Notes: generated by a model from the sequence alone, not told the origin. Positions 12,575-23,691 are shown, counted from the first letter of the stretch. The stretch: DNA of 64,000 nt from an uncultured Rhodobacterales bacterium (GCA_965366835.1 CBDUGF010000004.1:1273-65272); one strand, 5' to 3'. Made by a program: numbers and translations.

Positions 12575-13822
12575 TCAATGGATCATCAGGAATTGGCGGA
12601 AATCGTCCCGCCCGGAGGTCAGATGGGCGCTATACCCCGCCTTCAGCCCCGCCAGCGGCGCCGAGATCAGCGTCTCGCCCCACCAGACGCCCGGGCTCGC
12701 TTCCAGCGAAATTCGCGGCAGCCCGGTCTCGCGCCAGTTCGGGCAATTGCTCAGCCCGGCGCCGAGCGCCCGCGTCTCGGCCCCTTCCACGTCGGGCCCG
12801 ATCACCTGCCAGCGCCCATCCCAGAGCCCGCCGATGGCGCAGGTCTCATCCATCACCGCGCCTGCCTCGCGGCAAATCCGCAAGCCCCCGGCCTCGGGAA
12901 TCAGATGGCAGCCGTGCAATTGCCGCGCCTGCCCGGTGACCACGGCGGCCAGCGCCTCCTCGAGCTGGTTGAGCCGCGGGCGATAATCCGCCGAAGCCAC
13001 CCACCGGAGCGCCCCCGAGATAAGCCGCAGCCGCGTCTCGCGCGGCGCCTTCGCGCATTCCTCAAGATCAATTATCACATCGCCGCCCTGCTGCACCGCC
13101 GCACCATAGGCCAGTTGCGCCGCCGCCCAATCGAGCGCCGCGCGCGCCGCCCCCATCATCCCGGCGGTTGCGACCAACCGCTCCCGCGTCAGCCCGAGAT
13201 CGGCCAGCTCGTCAAGCGCCCGCCGCGCCTTCACCCGGTCAAACCGCGCATCGTCATTGCTCGGATCCTCGGCCCAGTCGATCTCCCGCCCGCGCAAGAA
13301 CGCGCGCAACTCGTCACGCGCAAAGCCCAGCAACGGCCTAAGCCAGACAACGCCTTCGCGCCAAGACAACCCCTGCATCGCCGCCAGCCCATCGACCCCC
13401 GAACCGCGCGCCAGCCGCATCAGGAAAGTCTCGGCGATATCGTCGGCGGTATGGCCCAGAACGACCGCGTCGAGCCCCTGCCGCCCGGCCCATCCCGCCA
13501 ACAGGCGATAGCGCGCCGCGCGCGCCTCGGCCTGCAAATTGCCGCCGCCGTCCCATCCTTCCCAGCGCAGGATATCATGCCGCAAGCCCAGCCCGCGCGC
13601 CGCTTCAGCCACTATCGCCGCCTCGCCCGCCGCCGCTTCGCGCAGCCCGTGGTCCACCGTCGCAACCTGCAAAAGACAGCCCTGCGCCTCGGCCCAGCCA
13701 TGCAAAAGGTGCAACAAGGCCATGCTGTCGCCGCCGCCCGAGACGGCCACGCCCAGCTTGCGCGGCGGTTCAGCTTGAAAGAGATCGTCTAACGCGGCGG
13801 CAATGCGCCGGTTAAGGCTCAC
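12575..13822 (-). CDS. tilS: tRNA(Ile)-lysidine synthetase
   Basis: 415 aa with PP-loop VAVSGGGDSMALL. Conserved position between cpoB and ftsH. Confidence 0.9.
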   Translation of the reverse strand: MSLNRRIAAALDDLFQAEPPRKLGVAVSGGGDSMALLHLLHGWAEAQGCLLQVATVDHGLREAAAGEAAIVAEAARGLGLRHDILRWEGWDGGGNLQAEARAARYRLLAGWAGRQGLDAVVLGHTADDIAETFLMRLARGSGVDGLAAMQGLSWREGVVWLRPLLGFARDELRAFLRGREIDWAEDPSNDDARFDRVKARRALDELADLGLTRERLVATAGMMGAARAALDWAAAQLAYGAAVQQGGDVIIDLEECAKAPRETRLRLISGALRWVASADYRPRLNQLEEALAAVVTGQARQLHGCHLIPEAGGLRICREAGAVMDETCAIGGLWDGRWQVIGPDVEGAETRALGAGLSNCPNWRETGLPRISLEASPGVWWGETLISAPLAGLKAGYSAHLTSGRDDFRQFLMIH

Positions 13823-14655
13823 GAACAGCCGAGACGCGCCATTTCTTCGCGCGCCTTGCCCTCGGCCGCGCCGCCAGGGAACCGCGTCCCGACCTCGCCC
13901 AAGGTCACACAGGCCTCGTTGGTCTGGCCCAACCGGCCCAGCCCCCTGCCGAGATGAAACAGCGCCTCGGGCGCGATCGTGCCACTGGGCTCCAGGCTGA
14001 ACGCCTCGAGATAGGCCCGCGCCGCATCGGTCAGCTCGCCGCCGGCCTCCAGCGCCTGGCCACGTCCCAGCTGCGCCGCCGGCGCCATCGGGCTGCCGGG
14101 ATAGGTTTCGTTGAAGGCGGCGAATTTCGCCGCGGCATCGGCATGTTGGCCGGCCTCAAGCGCCGTCTTGGCGGCATCGAAATCGGCCTGCTCACCCAGC
14201 GCCAGCTGCGGCGAATCGCTTGGCTCGGGCGTGACAGCTGCCACCGCCGCGCCCGAAGACCCGGCTCCGGCCGCCCCGCCCAGCGTCGTGGTTTCCTTCA
14301 GCTTGCTGACATCGCCGCCTTCCGCCTCGACCAGCCGGAATTCGAGATCGGCAATCCGGTTGGTGCCATCCTTGACGATGGCATCAACCCGGAATTCCAG
14401 CTCCTCGGTCTTGGCGGTCAGCCGCGACAGCTCGCTCTCGATCGCGCTCACCCGGTCCAGAACCGACGAGCCGCTCGCCACCCCCGACGCACCGCCGGTG
14501 GTGGAAAGCTCGCGCTTGAGTTTCTGAATTTCCACAAACAGAACCGTCAGCTCCTGACGGATATCCGCCAGCGTCTGCTTGTTCTGAGCCATCGCCGGTG
14601 CGGCGCCGAAACACAGCGCCGCGATGGCCGCAATCCCCAAGAGCCTGCGCATCAT
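13819..14655 (-). CDS. cpoB: Tol-Pal system protein CpoB/YbgF
   Basis: 278 aa with a signal peptide, a coiled-coil N-domain and a TPR-like C-domain. It follows pal. Confidence 0.85.
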   Translation of the reverse strand: MMRRLLGIAAIAALCFGAAPAMAQNKQTLADIRQELTVLFVEIQKLKRELSTTGGASGVASGSSVLDRVSAIESELSRLTAKTEELEFRVDAIVKDGTNRIADLEFRLVEAEGGDVSKLKETTTLGGAAGAGSSGAAVAAVTPEPSDSPQLALGEQADFDAAKTALEAGQHADAAAKFAAFNETYPGSPMAPAAQLGRGQALEAGGELTDAARAYLEAFSLEPSGTIAPEALFHLGRGLGRLGQTNEACVTLGEVGTRFPGGAAEGKAREEMARLGCS

Positions 14656-14677
14656 GTCCTTCGTCTCCCGCTTGTCG

Positions 14678-15193
14678 CTATCCGCTCAGGCCCGCCGAAA
14701 GTACCGTCACCGCCCGGCGGTTCTGCCGGTAGCAGGCTTCTTCCGAACAAACTTCGATCGGGCGTTCCTTGCCATAGCTGATGGTCTTCAGCCGGTTGGC
14801 CGACAGCCCGCGCGACATCAGGTATTCGCGCACCGCGTTGGCCCGGCGCGCACCCAGAGCGAGGTTGTATTCGCGTGTGCCCTGTTCGTCGGCATGGCCC
14901 TCGATCACGGCGTTGTATTCCGTGTTGCTGGTCAGCCAGCTGGCCTGCCCGTCAAGCACCTGCTTGGAGGATTGCTCCAGCGTGTGCTGATCGACCTCGA
15001 ACAGCACGCGGTCGCCGATCGCCTGCTGGAAATAAAGCGGCGAGCGCGGATCGTTGGCGCTGCCCTCGATGATGCCGCCGCCCGCGCCGGCGCCCGCTGC
15101 CGGGGTATCGCCGCTGCCAAAGCGCCCCGCATCGGTACACCCGGCAAGCGCCAGCGCCGCCACGATGATCAGCGGTTTTACAAAGTAAGTCAT
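14678..15193 (-). CDS. pal: peptidoglycan-associated lipoprotein Pal
   Basis: 171 aa with lipobox LALAGC and an OmpA-like domain (GHADEQGTREYNLALGARRA). Confidence 0.93.
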   Translation of the reverse strand: MTYFVKPLIIVAALALAGCTDAGRFGSGDTPAAGAGAGGGIIEGSANDPRSPLYFQQAIGDRVLFEVDQHTLEQSSKQVLDGQASWLTSNTEYNAVIEGHADEQGTREYNLALGARRANAVREYLMSRGLSANRLKTISYGKERPIEVCSEEACYRQNRRAVTVLSAGLSG

Positions 15194-15290
15194 TGTCTCG
15201 TGCCTCGTTCTTGTTTTCTTGATTGCTTTCTACCACAGCGCGCCGCGCATGGGAATCGTCTCCGCGCGCGGGCGCAAATCCATGCTGATG

Positions 15291-15398
15291 CGAATTGCGA
15301 CGCTGAGTTCGGCCCGCTTTCCGATGCGAAAAGCCCGCCCGCGGATCGCACCCGGAAATCCGTGTCGGATTTCTGACCGTTTTTCGCCTCGAAAAACG
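15291..15398. repeat. four-hairpin composite intergenic element, copy A (partly degenerate)
   Basis: CGAATTGCG-ACG-CTGAGTTCG (degenerate), GCTTTCCG-ATG-CGAAAAGC (1 mismatch), GAAATCCG-TGT-CGGATTTC and CGTTTTTCG-CCT-CGAAAAACG. Ends 10 nt from the tolB stop. Confidence 0.7.
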
Positions 15399-15407
15399 CC
15401 ACACCGC

Positions 15408-16745
15408 TCATTTTTGCAACGGGCTCCAAGACGGATCCGAAGCGCCGCCCGGTGTCCGCACCTTTTGCAACGTACGCCCGGTGATATCCACGCGATACAG
15501 GCTGGCTTCGCCGCCCGCACCCTGGGTTTCGCGGGTGAACATGATCACCCGTCCGTTGGGCGACCATGTCGGGCCTTCCTCGCGGAACGACGCGGTCAGC
15601 AGCCGTTCGGCGCTGCCGTCGGGCTTCATCACCCCGATGTGAAACCGCCCCTTGTGCTGCTTGGTGAAGGCAATGAGATCGCCGCGCGGGCTCCATACCG
15701 GAGTGCCGTATTTGCCCGCGCCCGAGCTGATCCGCTGCGCCTCGCCGCCGCTGGCGCTCATCACATATATCTGCCCCGGCCCGGAACGGTCGGATTCAAA
15801 CACGATCTTGCTGCCATCGGGCGAATAGCTCGGCGCGGTTTCGATCGAAGGTGCCGAATTCAGCCGGGTTTCGGCACCGCTGGCTATGTCCATGGTGTAG
15901 ATATCGGTGTTGCCGCCCGCCTCCAGCGAGAACACGACCTGCTGGCCATCGGGGCTGAAGCGCGGCCCGAAGCTCATCGTGCCCTCGCGGCTCTGCAACA
16001 CCCGGCGCCCGACATTGGCCACATCCAGCACATGGATTTTCGGCGATCCGCTTTCGAAGCTGGTGTAGAGCACCCGGTCGCCCGAAGGCGAAAACCGCGG
16101 CGTCAAGACAATCGAGCTCGAATCGGTCAGATACTGCACGTTGGCGCCATCGTAATCCATGATCGCCAGCCGCTTCTTGCGGTCGTCCTTGGGGCCGGTC
16201 TCGCTGACAAACACCACCCGGCTGTCGAAATAGCCGCTCTCGCCGGTGATCCGCTCATAGACCGCATCGGCCACCTTGTGCGCCATCCGCCGCCAGCCCT
16301 CCGTGGTGCCGGCAAATTGCAGCCCGGCGCCCAGTTCCTGGCCGGAAAACACATCCCAGACCCGGAATTTCACCGTCAGGCTGTCGCCCGCCACGCTGAC
16401 CGCCCCGGTGATCAGGGCCTGCGCGTTGATCGCCTTCCAGTCGGCGAACTCCACCGGCGAGGAAAAGCTTGTGATCTGGCTGATGAATGCCTCGCTGCCG
16501 ATCTCGCGGAACAGTCCGGTGCCGCTCAGATCGTCGGACACCACCCGGGCAATATCCTGCGCCATCTGCGTCGCGGTGCCGTTTTCCGCCACGAAAGCGG
16601 GCACTGCATAAGGCAACGGCTCCTGCACCCCGTCAGTGATCTCGATCCGAAGCGGGCCTTGCTGCGCCCCTGCGGGCAATGCTCCGCCAGTCCAGGACAA
16701 GCCCGCCAGCATCATCAATACTGCACTCAAAACCCTGGTGTTCAT
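15408..16745 (-). CDS. tolB: Tol-Pal system beta-propeller protein TolB
   Basis: 445 aa with a signal peptide and repeated SPDG/SPSGD beta-propeller blades. Its start overlaps the tolA stop (ATGA). Confidence 0.95.
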   Translation of the reverse strand: MNTRVLSAVLMMLAGLSWTGGALPAGAQQGPLRIEITDGVQEPLPYAVPAFVAENGTATQMAQDIARVVSDDLSGTGLFREIGSEAFISQITSFSSPVEFADWKAINAQALITGAVSVAGDSLTVKFRVWDVFSGQELGAGLQFAGTTEGWRRMAHKVADAVYERITGESGYFDSRVVFVSETGPKDDRKKRLAIMDYDGANVQYLTDSSSIVLTPRFSPSGDRVLYTSFESGSPKIHVLDVANVGRRVLQSREGTMSFGPRFSPDGQQVVFSLEAGGNTDIYTMDIASGAETRLNSAPSIETAPSYSPDGSKIVFESDRSGPGQIYVMSASGGEAQRISSGAGKYGTPVWSPRGDLIAFTKQHKGRFHIGVMKPDGSAERLLTASFREEGPTWSPNGRVIMFTRETQGAGGEASLYRVDITGRTLQKVRTPGGASDPSWSPLQK

Positions 16746-17857
16746 CTCAGCCTCATTTTCTCCGGATTGAACGTCATCTCGATCTCACGCCAATGCTCGT
16801 ATTTCTCGTCCGGCAGGTCAAATCCGCGCCGCCCGCACGAGATCACCGCCGTGCGCGCCTTGCGGAAAGCCACATCCACCGCGGTCTGATCGCCGCCCTG
16901 CGACGAAACCAACGTCGGGCTCGCCGCCAGGGTTCCATCGCGGTTGAGCGTGACCGACACCACCACCGTCACCTTACCCGATGCCGCGCCCGGGTCGACA
17001 GACCAACACTCCGAAACGGCAACAATCAGCGCATCTTCCTCGCCCTTGGTCAGCGGGTCGGAACCGCTCTGCCCGGTCGTGCCGGTCTGCGCCGCCTGGG
17101 TTTCTCCGCCCGCCAGGGCCTCGGCCAGCGCCGAGTTCACCGCCGACGAGGTGCCATTGCTGGCGGTCTCCGTCGCGGGCTTCGGTGCGGGTGCGCTGCG
17201 TTTGGGCCGCGTCTGCGGGCGTTTCGAGACCTTCGGCGCGGCGCTCACCTCGTCGCTGGCCTCAGGCACGATCTCGGTCACCGCCTCCCGCGGCGCAGTG
17301 GCGTCTTCCCTGGGCTTCGGCGTCTCGCTGGCCACATTCGGATCGGCCTCCTGGCGCACCACCGGATCGACCTCCGCATCCGGTTCGGGCGGCTGCGCCA
17401 CCGGCTTCGGCGCCACCCGCTCGACGGGGCGCGCCTTGGGCCGCGCACTCTCCTGGGGCACCAGCACGGCCACATCCTCTTCGGCGGGGCGTGCGATCTC
17501 GGGTGAGCGATCTTCCACCTCGGCGGGTGCCGGTGCCGGCGCCACCTGATCGGGCGTGGCGTCGGGTTCGGGCGTCTCGGCCACCTCCGGTTCGCTCTGC
17601 TCGGGCGGCGTGTCCTGGTTCTGGCTCACATCCGGCGCGGGCGGGCTGTCGGGCGCGGGCGCCTGCGGCATCGCCACTTCTGTCGTGGTCTCCGGCGCGC
17701 CCTGCGCCGCCAGCATGGCTTCGAAATCCTGGGTGCTGATCACCGCCACATCGGTGACCTGGAACGGCAAGGGCTCCTGCAGGAAATTGCCGCCAAACAG
17801 CAACCAGCCGATAAGGCCGACATGCCCCACTCCCGATATGATCTGGCCCGTCTGCAT
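16742..17857 (-). CDS. tolA: cell envelope integrity protein TolA
   Basis: N-terminal TM ([18 protein letters not shown]), a long Pro/Ala/Glu-rich spacer and a TolA/TonB-like C-domain. Start moved to ATG 17857, after GAGG and 7 nt past the tolR stop. Confidence 0.85.
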   Translation of the reverse strand: MQTGQIISGVGHVGLIGWLLFGGNFLQEPLPFQVTDVAVISTQDFEAMLAAQGAPETTTEVAMPQAPAPDSPPAPDVSQNQDTPPEQSEPEVAETPEPDATPDQVAPAPAPAEVEDRSPEIARPAEEDVAVLVPQESARPKARPVERVAPKPVAQPPEPDAEVDPVVRQEADPNVASETPKPREDATAPREAVTEIVPEASDEVSAAPKVSKRPQTRPKRSAPAPKPATETASNGTSSAVNSALAEALAGGETQAAQTGTTGQSGSDPLTKGEEDALIVAVSECWSVDPGAASGKVTVVVSVTLNRDGTLAASPTLVSSQGGDQTAVDVAFRKARTAVISCGRRGFDLPDEKYEHWREIEMTFNPEKMRLR

Positions 17858-17864
17858 CGGAGCC

Positions 17865-18344
<480 letters not shown>

Positions 18345-18347
18345 GGC

Positions 18348-19043
18348 TCAGGAATCCAGCTGGCGGCTGAGGATGGTGGCGAATTCATCGGCGAAGGCTT
18401 CATAGCCGGCGATGATCCGGTCGCTGTCGGCACTCAGCTTGTTGTAGAAGATCACCGCGGGGATCGCCGCCAGCAGGCCCAGACCCGTGGCCAGCAACGC
18501 CTCGGCAATGCCCGGCGCGACGACCGCGAGGTTGGTGTTCTGCTGCTGGGCGATCTCGATGAAAGCGTTCATGATCCCGATCACCGTGCCGAAAAGCCCG
18601 ACAAACGGTGCCGTCGAACCGACAGTCGCAAGCACCGGCAAGCCGCTTTGCAAGCCTTCGGCCTGTTTGGCGATGGCGACATCCATGCTGCGATCGATGC
18701 GTGCCTGCGCTCCGGCGATCAACTCGCCGCCGGGCCGGTGCGACCGGCGCCATTCGATCATGCCAGCGGCAAAAACCTTCTCGGACTGGCCTTTCGGATC
18801 GGCACCGATCTGCTCGAACAGCTGATCCAGCGGCTCGCCCGACCAGAAGGCACGGTCGAACTTGGCCGCCTCGGCCTTGGCCTTGCGATAGTTGATCAGC
18901 TTCTGAAGGATGATCGACCATGACCAGAACGAGGCCACGATCAGGAGGATCATCACCAGTTTCACGGTAAAGGTGGCGCGCGCGAATAGGGCCCACAAGG
19001 AGAAATCAATCTCCTGCACCAGGGCAAGTGTCTCTGTTTCCAT
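18348..19043 (-). CDS. tolQ: Tol-Pal system protein TolQ (MotA/TolQ/ExbB channel)
   Basis: 231 aa with three TM segments and the conserved LATVGSTAPFVGLFGTVIGIM motif. Confidence 0.93.
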   Translation of the reverse strand: METETLALVQEIDFSLWALFARATFTVKLVMILLIVASFWSWSIILQKLINYRKAKAEAAKFDRAFWSGEPLDQLFEQIGADPKGQSEKVFAAGMIEWRRSHRPGGELIAGAQARIDRSMDVAIAKQAEGLQSGLPVLATVGSTAPFVGLFGTVIGIMNAFIEIAQQQNTNLAVVAPGIAEALLATGLGLLAAIPAVIFYNKLSADSDRIIAGYEAFADEFATILSRQLDS

Positions 19044-19336
19044 CTGCCTGCTCTTCTTGTTACCCGGATCGTTGCCAGGATTATTGTCTGTGGCCTTTTC
19101 GGCCTTCTTTAGGAGGGAAACTATCCGATCGGAAGGGGAAAACCAACAAGATCGGCCTCACGTCTGCTTGAATTCGCTTTGGCCACCCGCCAGCCGAGCG
19201 GAAAATCGCCGCCCGGCGCCTGATTTCACGCCCGGCAACGCGCCGCGATCGGGCCATATCTCGACCTGTCGCCGCTCGCCACGGGCTGAACGCGCCTCTC
19301 GCTGCGACATGACGGACCGGGCGCCATGGGCCGATC

Positions 19337-19720
19337 TCAGTCGGGTTCGCTCCATTTCGGCAAGCGCACCGGTTTGCCGCCGGTGGTCATGCAGATCACC
19401 GTGACCATGGCGCGAAACAGCACCTGCGCGCCGCGCTTGACCTCCTGGCCCATCACCATACGCACCGGCTTGAGGCTCTCGATCCAGGTTTCGACCACCA
19501 ATTCGTCATCGAGCCTGGCGGGGGCAAGATAGTCCGCTTCGACCCGGCGCACCGCGAAGACGATGCCGTCGCGCTCTTTCATCATGTTCTGATCCAGCCC
19601 GACCGCGCGCACCCATTCGCTGCGGCCCCGCTCGATATAGCGCAGGTAATTGGCATAATAGACGATACCGGCCATGTCGGTGTCTTCGTAATAGACGCGG
19701 ATCGGAAGTTTGTAGATCAT
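19337..19720 (-). CDS. ybgC: tol-pal-associated acyl-CoA thioesterase YbgC (4HBT hotdog fold)
   Basis: 127 aa with VYYEDTDMAGIVYYANYLRY, typical of YbgC. It is the first gene of the tol cluster. Confidence 0.88.
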   Translation of the reverse strand: MIYKLPIRVYYEDTDMAGIVYYANYLRYIERGRSEWVRAVGLDQNMMKERDGIVFAVRRVEADYLAPARLDDELVVETWIESLKPVRMVMGQEVKRGAQVLFRAMVTVICMTTGGKPVRLPKWSEPD

Positions 19721-19883
19721 TCGCGCAGCCTAGGGCGGGCATGGCGCAGCTTCAAGCCCGGTTGCAAGCCGCAGGTTTTGCGCCGCCTTCGGCGTCGCCG
19801 GGGGGGCGCCTCGCTGCGCTCGGCGCCGCCAGGGTCGGGCCAGACTCCCGATTTGAAACGGATCGGTTTTGTCGCGGTGGGGA

Positions 19884-19907
19884 TTGAGTATTTTTGCCAA
19901 GAAAAAG
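19884..19907 (+). repeat. 24-nt AT-rich intergenic repeat TTGAGTATTTTTGCCAAGAAAAAG (copy 1)
   Basis: Matches 23661-23684 at 23 of 24 positions, in the same orientation. Confidence 0.75.
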
Positions 19908-20046
19908 GGCGTAAGCGTGCGCTGCGTTAACCCGATTTCGCGAAGAACCATACGCCTGCGTATGTCATACGCATGACAGCCGGGAGTCAGCCGCAGATCA
20001 CCCCCTCCGTTTTGGTGCAATTCGGCGCGTTAACCGTTTGGGACGC

Positions 20047-21297
20047 TCAGTTTACCATTTCTTTCATCACGGCAAGGTATCGGGCCACCTCGGCGGCGCT
20101 GTTGTAGTGACACAGCGAGACCCTGATACAGCTGTCGAGACCCAGCGGATCGAGCACGTTGCCGGAATAGTGGTCTGCCTTGCGAATGTGGGTGCGGATG
20201 CCTTCACTGTTCAGCCGCGCCACCACGTCGGCGCTTGCAACCCCTTGAACATGAAAGGAAACCAGCCCCTCGCGCGCGGGGTTGTCGATGCCGCCGATGA
20301 TCTCGACACCGGGCAATTGGGCCAGGCCTGGCAGATTGCCGAGCCCATGCAGCATGGTGTCGGTAAGGCGCTTTTCATGGGCATGAATCGCCTCTCCCGC
20401 CGCCCTGATCCGGGCACCGCGATCAACGTCTTGCGTCAGCTCGCCGCCGAGCCATTCGAGATAGGCGACGACGTCGGAAAAGGTAGCGTAGGCGCCAGTG
20501 TCCCGGGTGCCCATTTCCCAGTTTTTCTCGGGGCCTTTCAACAGGTTATTGTGCGGCAGCGCAGCCAACCTGTCGGATATCCAGGCCAGCCCGTAACCAT
20601 GGCGCGAGAACATCTTGTAAGGCGATATCACGTAGCCATCCACGCCCAGCGCGCCCAGGTCGATGCGCCCATGGGCGGCATGCTGGATACCATCGACGAT
20701 GATGTAGCAATCGGGCGATTCTTGCCGGATGGCCGTTGCGATCGCTGCCACATCCACGCCCATGCCCGTCACCGGAGAGGTGTGCAGTATGGTGGCAACG
20801 ACCGTATCCGCAGTAATCTCGGGCAGATAGTGTTCGGGGCCGACCGTTCCGGTGGAATCATCATGTTTTACAAGCACATGAGCCTGCCCTGCGAGTCCCG
20901 CCCAGCGCGCCGCCGCGCTGCGCGACGCGGGGTGCTCCAGCGTCGAACCCAACACCCGCCCGGGCCCTGCGCCCAGACAGGCAGCCGAAATCAGGCGGAA
21001 CAGCAGTTCGGTGCCGCTTTCACCGACGAAGAACTGCCCGCCCGGCGCGTTCATCGCCAGGGCCATGTCGGTGCGGGCGTCTTCAATCACTTTCACGAGG
21101 GCGTGGCTGGCGGCATTGTCGCGGCCCTGATTGTCAGGGATGGCGGCGTAGAACGCCGAGGTTTCGACCACTGATTTCAGCGTAAGCGCACCGCCGGCAT
21201 TCTCGAAAAACACCCGCTCGCCCTGGAACGGATCGCTGTCGACATGCGCAAACCGCGCCCGAATCTTCTCCAGAAGATCGTCTGAAATCATCGGCAT
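20047..21297 (-). CDS. aminotransferase class V-fold PLP-dependent enzyme (cysteine-desulfurase-like; substrate unknown)
   Basis: 416 aa with a class V fold and a probable PLP-lysine context VDGYVISPYKMFSRHG. No NifS/SufS-specific active-site loop was recognised. Confidence 0.7.
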   Translation of the reverse strand: MPMISDDLLEKIRARFAHVDSDPFQGERVFFENAGGALTLKSVVETSAFYAAIPDNQGRDNAASHALVKVIEDARTDMALAMNAPGGQFFVGESGTELLFRLISAACLGAGPGRVLGSTLEHPASRSAAARWAGLAGQAHVLVKHDDSTGTVGPEHYLPEITADTVVATILHTSPVTGMGVDVAAIATAIRQESPDCYIIVDGIQHAAHGRIDLGALGVDGYVISPYKMFSRHGYGLAWISDRLAALPHNNLLKGPEKNWEMGTRDTGAYATFSDVVAYLEWLGGELTQDVDRGARIRAAGEAIHAHEKRLTDTMLHGLGNLPGLAQLPGVEIIGGIDNPAREGLVSFHVQGVASADVVARLNSEGIRTHIRKADHYSGNVLDPLGLDSCIRVSLCHYNSAAEVARYLAVMKEMVN

Positions 21298-21340
21298 AGC
21301 CTGTTCCCCGCTGCTTTGCTCGCGCAGGCTACAGGCGCTA

Positions 21341-21370
21341 AATAGAAAAGGCCACCGCTGCCGCGATGGC
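21341..21370 (-). terminator. rho-independent terminator downstream of glyA
   Basis: The minus strand reads GCCAUCGC-GGCA-GCGGUGGC (8-bp stem including one G-U) followed by CUUUUCUAUUU. It lies 30 nt after the glyA stop. Confidence 0.6.
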
Positions 21371-21399
21371 TTCGCCAGGATGGGCGATCCGTCTGCCGT

Positions 21400-22683
21400 C
21401 TACAATTCGGGATAGATCGGAAACCGCGCGCAAAGCTGGGCCACTTGCGCTTTCACCTTGGCTTCCACCGCACCGTTACCGTCTTCGCCATTCGCGGCCA
21501 GCCCGTCGACCACCTCGATGATCCAGTCGGCGATCTGGCGGAACTCGGTGACACCGAATCCGCGCGTTGTGCCCGCGGGCGAGCCGAGGCGCACGCCGCT
21601 GGTGATCGTCGGCTTTTCCGGATCGAACGGCACGCCGTTCTTATTGCAGGTGATGCGCGCCCGCCCCAGCGCCTTTTCGGTGGCGTTGCCCTTCACCCCC
21701 TTGGGTCGCAGATCGACCAGCAAAACATGCGTATCGGTGCCGCCGGTGACGAGATCGAGCCCGCCCTTCATCAACTGATCGCCCATCGCCTGGGCATTGG
21801 CCACAACCGCCTTGGCATACTCCTTGAAATCGGGCCGCAGCGCCTCGCCAAAAGCCACCGCCTTGGCCGCGATCACATGCATCAGAGGCCCGCCCTGGAT
21901 GCCTGGGAAAATGGCGGAGTTCACCTTCTTGGCGATTTCTTCATCATTTGTGAGGATCATGCCCCCACGCGGTCCGCGCAGCGTCTTGTGCGTCGTCGTC
22001 GTGGCGACATGGGCATGCGGGAACGGGCTCGGGTGAACGCCCGCCGCCACCAGCCCGGCGAAATGCGCCATATCGACATGCAGGAGCGCGCCGACGCTGT
22101 CGGCGATCTCGCGCATACGCGCGAAATCGATCTCGCGCGGAATCGCACTGCCCCCGGCGATGATCAGCTTGGGCGCATGCGCCTTGGCCAGTTCTTCCAC
22201 CTGGTCGTAATCCAGCAGGTTGTCCTGCTTGCGCACGCCATATTGCACGGCGTTGAACCATTTGCCCGATTGGTTGGGCTTGGCGCCATGGGTCAGGTGC
22301 CCCCCGGCGTCGAGGCTCATGCCGAGTATCGTGTCACCAGGCGTCAATAGCGCCTGATAGACGCCCTGGTTGGCCTGGCTGCCGGAGTTGGGCTGGACAT
22401 TGGCAAAGCCACAGCCAAACAGCTCTTTCGCCCGGTCAATCGCCAATGTTTCTGCGATATCGACAAATTCGCAGCCGCCGTAGTAACGCCGCCCGGGATA
22501 GCCTTCGGCATATTTGTTGGTCATCACCGAACCCTGCGCCTGCATCACGGCTTGAGAAACGATGTTTTCGCTGGCAATCAGTTCGATTTCGTCGCGCTGG
22601 CGGCCCAGTTCCTTCTCGATCGCGTCAAAGATTTCAGGGTCGCGGCTGGCGAGATCTTCGGTGAAAAATCCGGGGTTGGACAT
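21400..22683 (-). CDS. glyA: serine hydroxymethyltransferase
   Basis: 427 aa with PLP site [14 protein letters not shown]. Full-length SHMT similarity. Confidence 0.97.
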   Translation of the reverse strand: MSNPGFFTEDLASRDPEIFDAIEKELGRQRDEIELIASENIVSQAVMQAQGSVMTNKYAEGYPGRRYYGGCEFVDIAETLAIDRAKELFGCGFANVQPNSGSQANQGVYQALLTPGDTILGMSLDAGGHLTHGAKPNQSGKWFNAVQYGVRKQDNLLDYDQVEELAKAHAPKLIIAGGSAIPREIDFARMREIADSVGALLHVDMAHFAGLVAAGVHPSPFPHAHVATTTTHKTLRGPRGGMILTNDEEIAKKVNSAIFPGIQGGPLMHVIAAKAVAFGEALRPDFKEYAKAVVANAQAMGDQLMKGGLDLVTGGTDTHVLLVDLRPKGVKGNATEKALGRARITCNKNGVPFDPEKPTITSGVRLGSPAGTTRGFGVTEFRQIADWIIEVVDGLAANGEDGNGAVEAKVKAQVAQLCARFPIYPEL

Positions 22684-22865
22684 GAGGCGCTGTCTCCGTC
22701 ACTGATGTGGCACATGGCTGTTGGGCGCTGTCGTAAGCCATTGTGCGCGGGCTTGAAAGCCCCGATTCCGACCATTGGCCTTGCCAGCGCGGCAATCATC
22801 GTGCAGGTGAAAGGGCGTTGGGGACCATCCGGCCCCGGCGCCGCCGTTTTTGGAAGCTTTTGCGC

Positions 22866-23627
22866 ATGAGCCTGAAAATCGCCTTTGTCGCTTCGGATGC
22901 GCCTATTGCGCAAACCGCGCGCGCGGCTTTGATCGGGCGCTATGGCAACAACGACGAAAACGAGGCGGATGTGATCGTGGCGCTTGGCGGCGACGGTTTC
23001 ATGTTGCACACGCTGCACCGAACCCAGGACATGGATGCGCCGGTCTATGGAATGAACCGAGGCACGGTCGGATTCCTGATGAACGAATACGCCGAGGCCG
23101 ATCTGCCCGAGCGGCTGGCCAGCGCAGAGGAGGCGGTGATCAATCCGCTGTCGATGCGCGCCACGCGAGGAGATGGATCGGTGCACGAGGCGCTGGCGAT
23201 CAACGAAGTTTCGCTGCTGCGGATGGGGCCGCAAACGGCGAAGCTGAAGATCACGGTGGACGGGCGGCTTCGCATGGAAGAGTTGGTCTGCGATGGCGCG
23301 CTCGTGTCCACGCCGGCAGGCTCCACAGCCTACAACTACTCGGCGCACGGGCCGATCCTGCCCATCGGGTCGGAAGTGCTGGCGCTCACCGCGATCGCCC
23401 CGTTCCGACCGCGGCGCTGGCGCGGCGCGCTTTTGCCCAAGGGCGCCGATGTGCGCATCGAGGTGCAGAACCCGGAAAAGCGACCCGTCATGGCCCATGC
23501 GGATTCGCGCGCGGTGCTCTATGTGCAGACAGTCGATATCCGCTCGGAACCGTCGATTGCGCACCGATTGCTTTTCGATCCCGGCCATGGGCTGGAAGAG
23601 CGTCTGATACGAGAACAGTTCGTCTGA
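22866..23627 (+). CDS. nadK: NAD kinase
   Basis: GGDGFML motif and NEVSL...[18 protein letters not shown]. Start set at ATG 22866 ([10 protein letters not shown]). Confidence 0.9.
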   Translation: MSLKIAFVASDAPIAQTARAALIGRYGNNDENEADVIVALGGDGFMLHTLHRTQDMDAPVYGMNRGTVGFLMNEYAEADLPERLASAEEAVINPLSMRATRGDGSVHEALAINEVSLLRMGPQTAKLKITVDGRLRMEELVCDGALVSTPAGSTAYNYSAHGPILPIGSEVLALTAIAPFRPRRWRGALLPKGADVRIEVQNPEKRPVMAHADSRAVLYVQTVDIRSEPSIAHRLLFDPGHGLEERLIREQFV

Positions 23628-23660
23628 TTCCAGCCGCTGCGCGCGTGTCCGGGTCAGGGT

Positions 23661-23684
23661 TTGAGTATTTTTACCAAGAAAAAG
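23661..23684 (+). repeat. 24-nt AT-rich intergenic repeat TTGAGTATTTTTACCAAGAAAAAG (copy 2)
   Basis: Matches 19884-19907 at 23 of 24 positions. Lies between the convergent nadK and deoR genes. Confidence 0.75.
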
Positions 23685-23691
23685 CAGAGTT

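Noticed and set aside
19044-19336. An unusually long (293 bp) ybgC-tolQ spacer that might hide a small gene or sRNA.
   Set aside because: I found no ORF with an RBS, no strong hairpin or terminator, and no repeat-family member. It remains possible but unsupported.
19730-20020. A 96-aa minus-strand ORF in the ybgC upstream region.
   Set aside because: It lies entirely within a mosaic of intergenic repeats, has no convincing RBS and has an odd composition. It was treated as non-coding.
22684-22865. A possible riboswitch (ZTP/pfl or THF type) in the glyA leader.
   Set aside because: I could not find the conserved cores in either orientation, for example the CCGCCUGGGC-type pseudoknot strand of ZTP. 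A covariance-model scan would be needed to exclude it.
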